From contig JAWLHK010000003.1 in NCBI GenBank assembly GCA_041690355.1, forward strand, positions 109,428-173,427: a DNA stretch of 64,000 nucleotides, read 5' to 3'. Source of the DNA: a bacterium (GTDB lineage: Bacteria > J088 > JAWLBW01). The first letter of the stretch is position 1, and every line of letters begins with the position of its first letter. Below the pieces are notes generated by a model. That model was given only the letters and a program-made list of their open reading frames with translations. It made no database searches and had not been told where the DNA came from. The translations under genes were made by a program, and so were the position numbers. Shown here piece after piece: positions 19,601 through 28,137 of the stretch.

Positions 19601-22600
19601 GTTGCTGGTGCGGGCGGCCGCTTCCACCGAAAGGGCGAACACGCCCGCGCCGACGCCGGCCGGAACCGTGAAGGTAATTTCCGTCGGATACCAGGCGGTG
19701 ACCGGCGCCGTTGCGGCGCCGAAGTGCACGACGCCTGCCCCCTGGACCGCGCCGAAACCGGCGCCCGTGAGCGTGACCGTCGCGCCGGCCAGGCCGTTCG
19801 CAGGCGAGAGGGAATCGATGCGCGGATTCACGCCCAGCGTGCGGGCATTGCTGGTCTCGCCGCCGACCGTGAGCCGCACGTCGTGCACGCCGGCCCCGAG
19901 TGTGGGGGGAATCGTGAAGCTCACCGCGGTGTCGCTCCAGGAATCGGCGGTCAGCTGAACGGGCCCGACGGAAAGCACACTGCTACCCTGCACGGCACCG
20001 AAGCCGCCGCCCGTAAGCGTCACCGACGCCCCACCGGCACCGGCCGCCGGCGACAGGGACGCAATGTACGGCGCGACGGTCAGCGTCAGGGCATTCGAGG
20101 TCTCACCGCCCGAGACGATATCGACCACGTGCGTTCCCCCGGCGAGGGCCGACGACAGCACGAAGGTAACCTCGGTGGCCGACCAGGAAGCGGCCGGAAC
20201 GGCCACGCCGTCGATGCGCACGACGCCGCTGCCGAAGTTCGTTCCGGTGACGCGCACGGTCGTGCCGCTCGTCGCGGCGACAGGCGCCAGAGCAAGCATC
20301 TCCGGAAGGACGCGGAAGCCGAGCGTGTTGCCCGTGCGGCCGTTCACCGTAACGGAGAGGGTCTGCAGGCCCGGCGCGGCATCGTCGGCGACCGTCCAGG
20401 TGAAGCCGGTGTGCGTCCACGTGTCGATCGCGAGCGACACCCCGCCCAGGAGCGCGACGCTCGAACCCTGTGCCGCCCCGAGGCCGGTCGCCGAGACGCC
20501 GACGGCATCACCGCCGCTCCCCTGCGCGGGCGAGACCGTCGACAGCCACGGATCGATGGTGAAGGGGACGGCGTTGCTTGCAACACCGCCGACGACGACC
20601 GCGACTTCGGTCACGGCGGCCGCGAGCGCAGGCGGTACCACGAAGGTGATCTGCGTATCGGTCCAGGTGGCCGAGGCCAACGCCGTGCCGCCGACCCGCA
20701 GCGTGCTCGCACCGTGCGAAGCGCCGAAATTACGACCGGTAACGGTGACGAGCGTGCCCGCCGTAGCGGCCGCCGGAGAAACCGAGTCGATTGCGGGCGT
20801 CACCGTAAAGGTGGCCGTCGTCACCTGGCCGCCGACGGTGACGGCGAGGCTATGCGATCCGCCCGCCAGTGAGTCAGGAAGAGTGATCGAGAAGCCATCA
20901 TGCGTCCATCCGGATGGAGCGATTGATGCGCCGCCAAGGGTGACGGAGGATGTTTCCTGCGAAAGTCCCAGGTTACTGGCCTGAACGCTCACGACCGTGC
21001 CGCCGCCTCCGCTCACCGGGGTCAGGGCGAGAATCGACGGCTGCACCGTGAGGTTCAGTCCGTTGCTGTTCTCGCCCCCCACGACGACGAAGACCGGCTG
21101 CGTACCGGCGGTTACCTCCGAGGGGAGCGTAAAACCGATGGCGGTCTGGCCCCACGCCCCCGCCGCGAGGGAAACCCCGGCCACCGAGAGCAGGCTGGCT
21201 CCCTGCCCGTCGCCGAGGTTCGTGCCCGAAAGCGACAGCGCGTTGCCGGCGGTCGCCGTGAGCGCGTCGAGCGCCGTCAGCGACGGACGCACCGCGAAGA
21301 AAACCGCGTTGCTGTCTTCGCCGCCGACTGTGACGCCGACGGCATGCGTCCCGGCCGTGACGTCGTTCGGCACCGTGAAGTCGATGCGATCGTTCTGCCA
21401 GGCATCGGCCGGCACCAGCGCATTGCCGATCCGCAGCTGCGCCGCAACCCCGCCGAAGTTCGCGCCGGTCATCGTCACGGCCGTTCCGCCTGTGCCGTTC
21501 GTGGGGGTCAGCGTCGCGATCGTCGGACCGACGACAAACGACTGCGATCCTGAAGTGCGCCCGCCGACCACGACGCGCACGGCATAGGTGCCGCCCGGGA
21601 GGTCGTTCGGGATTTCGAGCGCGATGGCCGTGTCCGACCACGACGACGTGGTCACCGGAGTCGCGCCGAAGAGGACGATGCCGCCGCTCGCGCTCGCCCC
21701 GAAGTTCGTGCCGTTCAACGTGATCGGCGTTCCGCCGGGCCCGCTTGCCGGCGACACCGAAGAGAGTACGGGGTCTACCGCGAAAGAGGCCGGATCGGCG
21801 GCCTCTCCGTCGACCGTCAGCTCGAGGCTGTGCAGGCCGCCCGCCACATCGGCGGGCACCGTAAAGACGATGGTGTCGTGGGTCCACGTCGAGGGGGTGA
21901 TCGAGCGGCCGCCGAGCGTCAACGTGCTGGTCCCCTGCGGGCCGAATCCGGTTCCGCTCAAGGTAACGACGGTGCCGGCCGAGCCCGAGGCCGGCGCGAC
22001 CGATTGCACGACCGGCCGTACCGTGAAGGTCAGCGGCGCGAGGGTCTCGACGCCGTTCACGGCGGCCGTCACCGAACGCGCGCCGCCCGGAACCGAGCCG
22101 GGGAGCGCGAACCGATATTCCACCGGCGACCACGAGGCCGGCGTCATGGCGATGCCGTCGACGTAGAGCGCGCCCGCCGAAGCCGACGGCCCGAAGCCGG
22201 TCACGCTCACCTGCACGAGGTCGCCGCCCGTCGCCGGATCGGGAACGAGCAGGCGCAGATCCGGGTGCACCGTGAACGGCAGGGCAGTGCCCGCCACGCC
22301 GCCGATCGTGACCTGCAGCGTCTGCGCGCCGGCCGCAAGCGTGGCGGGGAGCGTGAAGTCGATGTCGGTGGCGCTCCACGTATCGACGCCCAGAACCTGT
22401 CCGCCGATGGCGACGACGCCGTCACCCTGCAGGACGCCGAAGCCGCCGCCCGTCAGGTGGACGCTCGTGCCGGCCACGCCGGCGCTGACATCGGCGGCGA
22501 AGACGGGGACGATGGTGAACGGTTGCGCCACTGTCGCGAAGCCGCCGACGGTGACCGTCAGGTCGTAAAGACCGCCGCGGTCGAGCGCCGTGATCGTGTA

Positions 22601-25600
22601 GCGAATCTCCGTGTCGCTCCATGCATCGGGCGTCAGCGACAGGCCATCCAGACGAATGGCGCTCGAACCCTGCGTCGCGCCGAAGTTGCTCCCCTGCATG
22701 ACGAGGACGTCGCCGAAAGAACCGCTGGAGGCCGAAAGCGACGTCACAGTCGGAACCACGGCAAGGGTGACCGGATTCGCGCTCACCCCTTCGACGACCA
22801 GCGTCAAGGGATGCACGCCGGCCGGAATCGTGGCGGGAAGCGTGAACTCGATCCGCGTAGGGCTCCAGGTGTCGGCAGCGAGGGGAATACCGCCGAGCGC
22901 GAGGCTCGCCTGCGTCGCCGCCCCGAAGTAAAGGCCGTCGAGCGCGATCGAATCGCCGGCCGTCGCCGCACCGGGGGTCACCTGGGCGATCTCCGGCGGC
23001 GGGAATTGCGTGAGGTTCATCGCCCGCACGTTGGCCGGCTGACCGGCGACGGTCAGGAGCACATCCGCCGCGCCGAGCGGCAGGCCCGCGGGGACCTCGG
23101 CGGTAATCGCCGTGGAGAACCAGGCGTGAATGACGGCTGCACGGCCGCCGACAGTGAGTGTCGACGAGCCCTGCGCGGCGCCGAAGTGCACGCCGGTCAG
23201 CGTAAAGACGGTGCCGATGATACCCGCATCCGGCGTCAGAGCATCGACCCGCGGACGCACCGTAAAGAATTCCGCATTGCTGCTTTCGCCGTTCAGAACG
23301 ACCGTCAGCGCATGCACGCCCGCTTCCATGCCGGCCGGAATGCGGAACGTGAAGCCGGTATCGCTCCAGCTCTCGACCGGCGGCGAATACGCGCCCAGCG
23401 TGATCGACGCATCCAAGGACGACGCGCCGAAGTTGGTGCCGGTCACGGTCACGAGGGTCCCCTCGCTGCCGGACGTCGGCGTCAGCGTGGCGACGTACGG
23501 CGAAGTCGGCGTGGTGACGGCAAGCAGAAGTTCGTTCGAAGCGACGCCGCCCACCGTGGCGATGACGGCGTGACTGCCAGGCAGCAGCCCGGCCGGGATG
23601 GCGAAGGTGACCGCGTCGTCTGCCCAGGCCGTTGTCGATGCCGCAAGGCCTCCGACCGTCAACGTGCCGCCCGATCCGAGGCCGACGCCCGTTGCGACGA
23701 CCGCCTCGCCGATCATGCCCGAGACAGGTGAAAGCGCAAAGAGCGCCGGAGCTCCCGGCCCAGTCACCACGAACTCGATGCTGTTCGACGGCTGTCCGCC
23801 CGCGGTCACCGCCAGGGCATAGGTGCCCGGCGCAAGACCCGCCGGCACGTCGAACTCGATTGCTTCGGCCGACCAGCTCGCCGGCGCGATCTGGAGCGGA
23901 CCCAGGATCAGCGCGGCGGCGGCGGCACCGAAATTCGTCCCCCGCAGGGTGACGCGGGTCCCTTCCGGACCGCCCGCGGGAACGGCCTCAAGCGCGGTCG
24001 GAACCACGGTCAGGGCGCCGGCAGCCGTGTTCCCGGCCACCGTGATCGCGACCAGGGTTTCGCCCGGCTCCGCATCATCGGGCACCGTGAACTGAACCGC
24101 CGTGTTGGTCCACGAATCCGCGGCGACCGGGGTGCCTCCCAGCGTGAGCGTAGAACTCCCCTGCTCTGTCCCGAAGCGCTCGCCGAGAACGAGCACCGGC
24201 GTGCCCCCGGTGGCCACGAGGGGCCCGACAGACTGCACGGCCGGCGCCGGCGCCGTCGTAACCGTGAACGAAACGGCATTCGATGTCTGCCCGCCGACGG
24301 TGACCTCGACGAGCACGGAGCCTTGCGCGACGGAACCCGGTACGGAGAACGTGATCAGCGACTCGCTCCAGCTCGCCGGCGTCACCGTCACGCCCCCGAG
24401 GCGCACCACGCTCCCGCCCGCCGCCGGACCGAAGTTCACCCCGCCGAGCATGACGATGTCAGCCGCGACTCCGGAATTCGGCGAAATCGCATCGATGCGC
24501 GGGCGTACGGTGAAGTTCACCGTGTTGCTCGCTTCGCCGCCGGCCGTGACGCTCAACACACGGATACCTGCGGGAACCGAAGCCGGCAGCGTGAAGACGA
24601 TCTCTGCGTCGGTCCACGTCGTCGGCGTGATCGCCATGCCGCCGAGCGTGAGGCTGCCGCCGGCCGGCGAGCCGAACCGTTCGCCGCGGATGACAATCTC
24701 GGCACCGGCCGACCCGGCAACCGGAGCGAAAGAAAGAATGCGCGGCGAGGTCGCGGTCGTAACCGTGAAGGTCTGGCTATTGCTGAGTTGGCCCGCCACG
24801 TCGACCTGCACGTCGTAGGTGCCTGCAGGCAGCGCGGGAACCGTGACGGCGATGGCCGACGTCATCCACGCGAGCTCTGCGGCCGGGACGCCGCCGATCG
24901 CGACCTGGCCCGCCGCCGCGTCGCCGCCGAAGCCGGCGCCGAGCAGATTGACGACGGTACCGGCCGCGCCGCTCGCCGGATCGACCATGAACAATGCGGG
25001 CGCCGTCGACGTGATCACGTTCAGCGGCACGGCGTTCGAGAACTGCCCGTTGACCTCGAGCATGACGTCGTGCGCGCCGGCGCTCAACGTTCCGGGTACG
25101 CGCACCGTCACCGCCGTGTCGGTCCACGATTCGATGGCGGCCGAAATTCCGCCGATCCGGGCGGTACCGGAGGCGCCGAAATGGTGGCCGACGACCGAGA
25201 ACACGTCGCCCGGCCAGGCCACCGACGGCGTCAGGGCATCGATGGAAGGCTGCACGGCCAGAACCAGCGTATTGCTGGCTTCACCGGCGACCGTGACGGC
25301 AACGTCGACAAAGCCCGCCGGAATTCCATCGGGAATGCGGAAATCGATCTGCGTGGCGGTCCACGTGACCGGCGCGACGGCCAGACCGCCGACGCTGAGC
25401 AGACTGGTCGCCTGCGTGGCGCCGAACGCGGTGCCGCCCACGGCGATGCGTGTCCCGAACACGCCGCCCGCGGGCGCCAACGTGGCAATCCACGGCGACA
25501 CAGAGAAGAAGACCGGCGCGCTCGCCTCGCCGCCGACCGTGACGACGACCTCCTGCGGCCCGGCCGCAAGACCCGCCGGAATATCAAGCTCAACGGCCGT

Positions 25601-28135
25601 GCTCGACCACGAGACGGGGACGGCCGGCACGCCGCCGACCGTCACGGTGCTTGATCCCTCGGCGGCGCCGAAATGCGCGCCCGACAGGGTGATGCGCGAC
25701 CCCCACGGGCCGCGAACCTCCGAGAGAGCGGTCACGAGGGGAACCACGGCGAAGTCCAGCGCGTTCGACGCCTGGCCGTTCACGACGACACCGAGCGGGT
25801 ACCGTCCGCCGTCCGGATCGACCGGCAGCGTCCAGCCGATGGCATCGGAAGACCACAGATCGGCCGTGAGACCGAGCGTTCCGAGCCGGAGAACGTGGCC
25901 CCCCTGCGCAACGTCGAATCCGCTACCCGTCACGGCGACGGTCTGCGCCACGCTCCCCCGGGCGGGCGTGACGGCGCGCAGGTGCGGCACGAGGCCGAAC
26001 TCAACCGTATTGCCGTTCTCGGCGCCGACACGCACGAGAACCGCAATGCGGCCGGCCGTGCGCTCGGGCATGACGAAGCGGATGCGGTCGGCAGCCCACT
26101 CGATGACGTCGACGGTCGCGCCGCCGACGAGCAGCAGCGAGCTCCCCTGATCGGCGCCGAAGTTCCATCCGGTCGCCGTTACGAGGGTGCCTGCCGTTCC
26201 GGCGGCGGGCGAAAGGGAATCGATCCAGGGCGAGGTCGGCGACGTGACCGTGAACGGAACCGTACCCGAGCGCACGCCCGCCACTTCGACGGCAAGGGGA
26301 ACCGTTCCGGTGGGCAGCGCGGGCACGCGCGCGGCGATTTCGGTGTCGGTCCACGCGTCGACCGGCGCCGTCAGCGTATCAAAATACACCTCGTCGCCCG
26401 CAGCCCGCGCGCCGAACTCGAGACCACGAATGCGGACGGGCGCGCCGACCATGGCGGTCGCAGGCAGCACTTCGGTCACCGCCACGGTTCCCGGAGCCAC
26501 GACGGTCAAGGCAAGCGAATTGCTGGTCTGCCCGCCCGCTTCGAGCAGGACGTCATATTCGCCGGGTGTCAGCGCGCCCGGCGTCGTGACGCGCACCTCG
26601 GACGCACTCCACGTTTCGACCGTCGCCGGAATGCCGCCGAGAAGAACGCTGCCCTGGGCCGCGCCGAACCCGGCGCCGCGCAGCACGACCGACGTGCCGG
26701 CCGTGATGGCGGCCGGCGACAGCTGCGAGAGCGTCGGCCGGACGCGCAGAGCGGCGGGCGCGCTCGTCTGACCGTCGACGCGGAGCACGACGGGCTGCGT
26801 GCCGGCCGTCACGGCGGCGGGAAGATCGAAAACGACGCTCGTTTCGCTCCACGAAACCACGACCGCAGCGAGGCCGGCCACGGTCACGGCGCCGTTCAGT
26901 TCAGCCGGGCCAAAATGCGAGCCCACGGCAACCACGCGCGTGCCGCCGAACGCGGTGTCGGGAACGAGCATCGTAATGGCAGGCGCCGGGCGCGCATCGA
27001 CCGTAAAGGTAAGGCTGTTGCTCGTCTTTCCGGCGACCCGCACGGCGACGGATTGTGGTCCGGCAGGCGTGCCGGCGGGAATGCGGAAGGTGACGGCGGC
27101 CGCCGACCAGCTGATCGGGGCCAGGCTCGCACCACCGAACAGGAGCACAGAGCTCCCCTGCGCGGCCTGGAAGTTCAGGCCGTCGACGACGACGACCGTC
27201 CCCGTCGGGCCGTTCGCCGGGAGCAGTCGCGACACCACCGGGGCCGGGTGCTCGACGACGAACGAGGCCGGCTGCGCGACCTGGTTGCCCACGGTAAGCG
27301 AAACGTCGGCCGTGCCGACGGTGAGGCTTCCGGGGACGACGAAGGTGATCGACGTCGGAGTCCAGGCTACGATCGTGGCCGCCACGCCTCCGACGAGCAG
27401 GCGCGAGTCGCCCTGCGTACCGCCGAAACCGGTACCGGTCAGCGTCACCGGGGTTCCGGCGGGTCCGCGTTCCGGCGCGACGGTCTGAACGACCGGACGC
27501 ACCGCGAGGGCGACCCCGCCGCCCTCTTCGCCGCCGGAGGAAACCGAGACCGAGTACGAGCCGGCCGTCAGCGTCGGCTGAACCACGAAGCGGACCGCGG
27601 CATTGTCCCAGGCCTCGGTCTCCACGACGTGGCTGCCAAGACGCAGCTCGCCTGCCGTGCCGAGGTTCGTTCCCGATACGGCAACGGCCTCGCCGGCCAC
27701 CGCGGTGCTCCTGTCGATATTCCGCAAGGACGGCACGATCCGCAACGGAAGTGTATTGCTCGTCCGCGCGCCCCGGCGTACCGCCAGCGTGTACGCCCCG
27801 GCCGGAAGGGAATCCGGAATCCGGGCCGTGATGCGCGTCTGGCCCCAGCGCGTCGTCTCGAGGGGCACGTCGCCGACGACGACGGTACCTTCGCGGCCGA
27901 GACCGCGGCCGGTAATTTCCACCTCGTCTCCTCCGGTCGCCGCCTCGCGGCTGAGCGCATCCAGGCGCAGCGTCTGACCCGCAAGCGTCCCTTCAGGGTC
28001 GGTGCCGAACGCATAGGAGAAGGGATCCCAGGGATTCTCGCCGCAGCCGGCAACGCTCCCCATCACGAAGGACAACAGAACGACCCGTCCAAAGATACGC
28101 ATCCGCTTCAACCCGTTGAATTTCTGCCCGCGCAT
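13616..28135 (-). CDS. Giant (4,839 aa) cell-surface lipoprotein: 43 IPT/TIG-like Ig repeats plus a non-repeat C-terminal head
   Basis: Single uninterrupted 14,520-nt ORF with ATG at 28135. Signal peptide and lipobox 'VMGSVAGC' (Cys31). Tandem ~75-85-aa units follow, then ~1,250 aa with SbsA-Ig-like modules and a propeller-like terminus. Confidence 0.9.
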   Translation of the reverse strand: MRGQKFNGLKRMRIFGRVVLLSFVMGSVAGCGENPWDPFSYAFGTDPEGTLAGQTLRLDALSREAATGGDEVEITGRGLGREGTVVVGDVPLETTRWGQTRITARIPDSLPAGAYTLAVRRGARTSNTLPLRIVPSLRNIDRSTAVAGEAVAVSGTNLGTAGELRLGSHVVETEAWDNAAVRFVVQPTLTAGSYSVSVSSGGEEGGGVALAVRPVVQTVAPERGPAGTPVTLTGTGFGGTQGDSRLLVGGVAATIVAWTPTSITFVVPGSLTVGTADVSLTVGNQVAQPASFVVEHPAPVVSRLLPANGPTGTVVVVDGLNFQAAQGSSVLLFGGASLAPISWSAAAVTFRIPAGTPAGPQSVAVRVAGKTSNSLTFTVDARPAPAITMLVPDTAFGGTRVVAVGSHFGPAELNGAVTVAGLAAVVVSWSETSVVFDLPAAVTAGTQPVVLRVDGQTSAPAALRVRPTLSQLSPAAITAGTSVVLRGAGFGAAQGSVLLGGIPATVETWSASEVRVTTPGALTPGEYDVLLEAGGQTSNSLALTVVAPGTVAVTEVLPATAMVGAPVRIRGLEFGARAAGDEVYFDTLTAPVDAWTDTEIAARVPALPTGTVPLAVEVAGVRSGTVPFTVTSPTSPWIDSLSPAAGTAGTLVTATGWNFGADQGSSLLLVGGATVDVIEWAADRIRFVMPERTAGRIAVLVRVGAENGNTVEFGLVPHLRAVTPARGSVAQTVAVTGSGFDVAQGGHVLRLGTLGLTADLWSSDAIGWTLPVDPDGGRYPLGVVVNGQASNALDFAVVPLVTALSEVRGPWGSRITLSGAHFGAAEGSSTVTVGGVPAVPVSWSSTAVELDIPAGLAAGPQEVVVTVGGEASAPVFFSVSPWIATLAPAGGVFGTRIAVGGTAFGATQATSLLSVGGLAVAPVTWTATQIDFRIPDGIPAGFVDVAVTVAGEASNTLVLAVQPSIDALTPSVAWPGDVFSVVGHHFGASGTARIGGISAAIESWTDTAVTVRVPGTLSAGAHDVMLEVNGQFSNAVPLNVITSTAPALFMVDPASGAAGTVVNLLGAGFGGDAAAGQVAIGGVPAAELAWMTSAIAVTVPALPAGTYDVQVDVAGQLSNSQTFTVTTATSPRILSFAPVAGSAGAEIVIRGERFGSPAGGSLTLGGMAITPTTWTDAEIVFTLPASVPAGIRVLSVTAGGEASNTVNFTVRPRIDAISPNSGVAADIVMLGGVNFGPAAGGSVVRLGGVTVTPASWSESLITFSVPGSVAQGSVLVEVTVGGQTSNAVSFTVTTAPAPAVQSVGPLVATGGTPVLVLGERFGTEQGSSTLTLGGTPVAADSWTNTAVQFTVPDDAEPGETLVAITVAGNTAAGALTVVPTALEAVPAGGPEGTRVTLRGTNFGAAAAALILGPLQIAPASWSAEAIEFDVPAGLAPGTYALAVTAGGQPSNSIEFVVTGPGAPALFALSPVSGMIGEAVVATGVGLGSGGTLTVGGLAASTTAWADDAVTFAIPAGLLPGSHAVIATVGGVASNELLLAVTTPTSPYVATLTPTSGSEGTLVTVTGTNFGASSLDASITLGAYSPPVESWSDTGFTFRIPAGMEAGVHALTVVLNGESSNAEFFTVRPRVDALTPDAGIIGTVFTLTGVHFGAAQGSSTLTVGGRAAVIHAWFSTAITAEVPAGLPLGAADVLLTVAGQPANVRAMNLTQFPPPEIAQVTPGAATAGDSIALDGLYFGAATQASLALGGIPLAADTWSPTRIEFTLPATIPAGVHPLTLVVEGVSANPVTLAVVPTVTSLSASSGSFGDVLVMQGSNFGATQGSSAIRLDGLSLTPDAWSDTEIRYTITALDRGGLYDLTVTVGGFATVAQPFTIVPVFAADVSAGVAGTSVHLTGGGFGVLQGDGVVAIGGQVLGVDTWSATDIDFTLPATLAAGAQTLQVTIGGVAGTALPFTVHPDLRLLVPDPATGGDLVQVSVTGFGPSASAGALYVDGIAMTPASWSPVEYRFALPGSVPGGARSVTAAVNGVETLAPLTFTVRPVVQSVAPASGSAGTVVTLSGTGFGPQGTSTLTLGGRSITPSTWTHDTIVFTVPADVAGGLHSLELTVDGEAADPASFAVDPVLSSVSPASGPGGTPITLNGTNFGASASGGIVLFGATPVTTSSWSDTAIALEIPNDLPGGTYAVRVVVGGRTSGSQSFVVGPTIATLTPTNGTGGTAVTMTGANFGGVAAQLRIGNALVPADAWQNDRIDFTVPNDVTAGTHAVGVTVGGEDSNAVFFAVRPSLTALDALTATAGNALSLSGTNLGDGQGASLLSVAGVSLAAGAWGQTAIGFTLPSEVTAGTQPVFVVVGGENSNGLNLTVQPSILALTPVSGGGGTVVSVQASNLGLSQETSSVTLGGASIAPSGWTHDGFSITLPDSLAGGSHSLAVTVGGQVTTATFTVTPAIDSVSPAAATAGTLVTVTGRNFGASHGASTLRVGGTALASATWTDTQITFVVPPALAAAVTEVAVVVGGVASNAVPFTIDPWLSTVSPAQGSGGDAVGVSATGLGAAQGSSVALLGGVSLAIDTWTHTGFTWTVADDAAPGLQTLSVTVNGRTGNTLGFRVLPEMLALAPVAATSGTTVRVTGTNFGSGVVRIDGVAVPAASWSATEVTFVLSSALAGGTHVVDIVSGGETSNALTLTVAPYIASLSPAAGAGGASVTLTGGGFGAVQGSSVLSVGPVQLTADSWSDTAVSFTIPPTLGAGVHDVRLTVGGETSNARTLGVNPRIDSLSPANGLAGATVTLTGAGFGAVQGAGVVHFGAATAPVTAWYPTEITFTVPAGVGAGVFALSVEAAARTSNAVFFTLSPVLATVNPRVATGGDTVTASGSSFGSSGSLTLSGTAATVDQWFDTAVTFTVDASLTGGIHDVRLIVGGQATDPITIAVRPTVVSLAPAFGSAGTTVTLTGTNFGAVEGSSTVTVGGVAVIPDSWSASAIEFTVPATLAAGAHPVVVTVGAIASSPVAFTVQPRIDAVSPATGTGGASVTLTGVNFGAAQGASSLHVNGVAVAADAWDHTSIDFTLPDAVTAGATTISLLVGGQASNAVPFTIDPSLVSAAPSTGSGGTVVTLAGSNLGDTPGASRLVMGGFEIAPDAWSATAIQFTVPDSVTAGTHAISVVVGGRTSNALSLAVTPALNALTPTSGSAATTVSVSGTNFGAVQDAGFLTIGGTPVAADLWSSTLLQFDVPVTTPGGVHAVQAVIAGVASNALSFTVSPVVVSHSPVTGSAGTLVTLTGTNFGASAGSLTLGATALGATSWTHDEITFQVPSGLAAGVYDIVVTVGGQASAAVSFAVEPFLASLSPSSGTAATVISLSGTNFGAGGSVTLGGVAHTPTSWTSTSATVELLPTVSPGAVQVALSSGGRTSNARTFTAEPHADGVAPVVSGSGTIVTLAGSNFGAAQGVSELLFAGLPATVATWSATSVGFIVPTVANGTYSVAVLAGGLLSNAVTMTVDTVPPPFIASLSRGSGPVAVIVTVSGSEFGATQGTSSVTVGGLPATVLGWSDSAVVITIPTALAPGSHDVVVTRQGLASNAVAFSVTDDFSLLAADTLDCDPVDGHVDVYRLTLTRTALDASFDGYVLNGRGAVTARWFVAGHLNARILHGTAVPSACGLDTADDAVLYLAFDPSTTPDTGETPELTASAALLTDTGGVRLYGDSGNAGALDIAESDAAGPFVHAAAATEDDDVAGEPGAGAGDTLRIRFSEGTLAPDLAGIDLNTVFQLGNGHVFGGSAEIRAVTWSTVDSPNDRLIITFETGSHTVAVGDPIQLVGVDILDPGGNAAAAPADVPVPATITGTFHSGPIGPVVVSADYYDIDGNGLLDHVRVQFDKPVDDASFPGYLGDDQLNGVTTLWQIAGYANVRLDTLDTVDGLGGENDQVLWLAFGEGLYYDTGNRPDLTATAGQVGLRDLSGCYLNADNQGAGCMDASRSRLNGSDVVEGDMAPPVMVRASSRVDNDRIFVLFSEPVWGATGEPACGAGGELVPGDFVYHDNASGGATAILLLGTDDCAATDGLVELRTDSQLLVQDMNFDAIQVSAGNRIFDAAGNAMAAAEMQVIVNATAPYLLASSSFHTGGRYYLRVVYSEPVQPSMAMAPANYAIAEDPATGCVNLSPAPVTIAQVATNVYDLETAAQCGADTVPSTYYRITVSNVRDQDENEPVGAPAFTTTLGTAAVDTTQPRLLEAVSISPTTVRLTFSEPMRQGDVDGSAECLSGFTAARQCTADVDALAGTQLKYSISPSLGDIVSVEKTANPSVYLLTHAAAQAGVFYRVTVYASNAVAGIPLDVAGNRLRGVPENQASFRGRGSLISNLEDGPLFVDPFADNTTNNFAFTYANRVYLGPNRVNNGAFRFEADGANPVGVTFMGPAAPATCPYAPSFGIDGALSCATAWGPNQETGLVGFNSGLPNIGGTEYEILMVGPIKDNVSHVYFTQDVDTQLNWSACAIGGLTGGQNTTSAQTVYAYGANLYVGISSAHGTQAPYLSKIPLGAAGGVVSCGAGTELIARDIDYLGKSGTISNPERNTTGMVGIDSMLYVPAASGLVAADAFFIANNGGLAFSNGEPAAAASFGIVLSQAGFGAVSASTADDTTLVIDSLDKISPGRKGHPRMFVWQNTLFLVRNVGTAGATSTSAGGELWKCSSACTQGASWSRVFTTSAAGSDAGLESMRNIAVSLLEVNQGYLYVGFDNMQDGARIYRTAVVPGAPADFTEVGRIATAGCSNHSGDTGALGGQCRAFQFLSSAAIAKDLNGYLYATVGCTLSTESYDNGAANGVCDSDGLNGTFTPPSMSVIVQKD
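17381..27973 (-). repeat. Array of 43 diverged tandem IPT/TIG-like coding repeats (~225-255 nt each)
   Basis: Manual parse of the translation. Each unit fits 'P.I.S..P..G.aGT.VTLTGtNFGa.QGsS.v.vGG..A...sWS.T.I.F.VP..l.aG...V.V.vGG..SN...FtV'. The last unit ends '..NAVAFSVT' at 17381. No two units are identical. Confidence 0.85.
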
Positions 28136-28137
28136 GA

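Noticed and set aside
13616-28135. Possibility that the giant repeat gene is an assembly artefact (collapsed or chimeric repeats) or a pseudogene.
   Set aside because: It is a single open frame of 4,840 codons, and all 43 units are mutually diverged, so mis-joining by identical repeats is unlikely. The start, lipobox and stop are intact. Copy number should still be confirmed with long reads.
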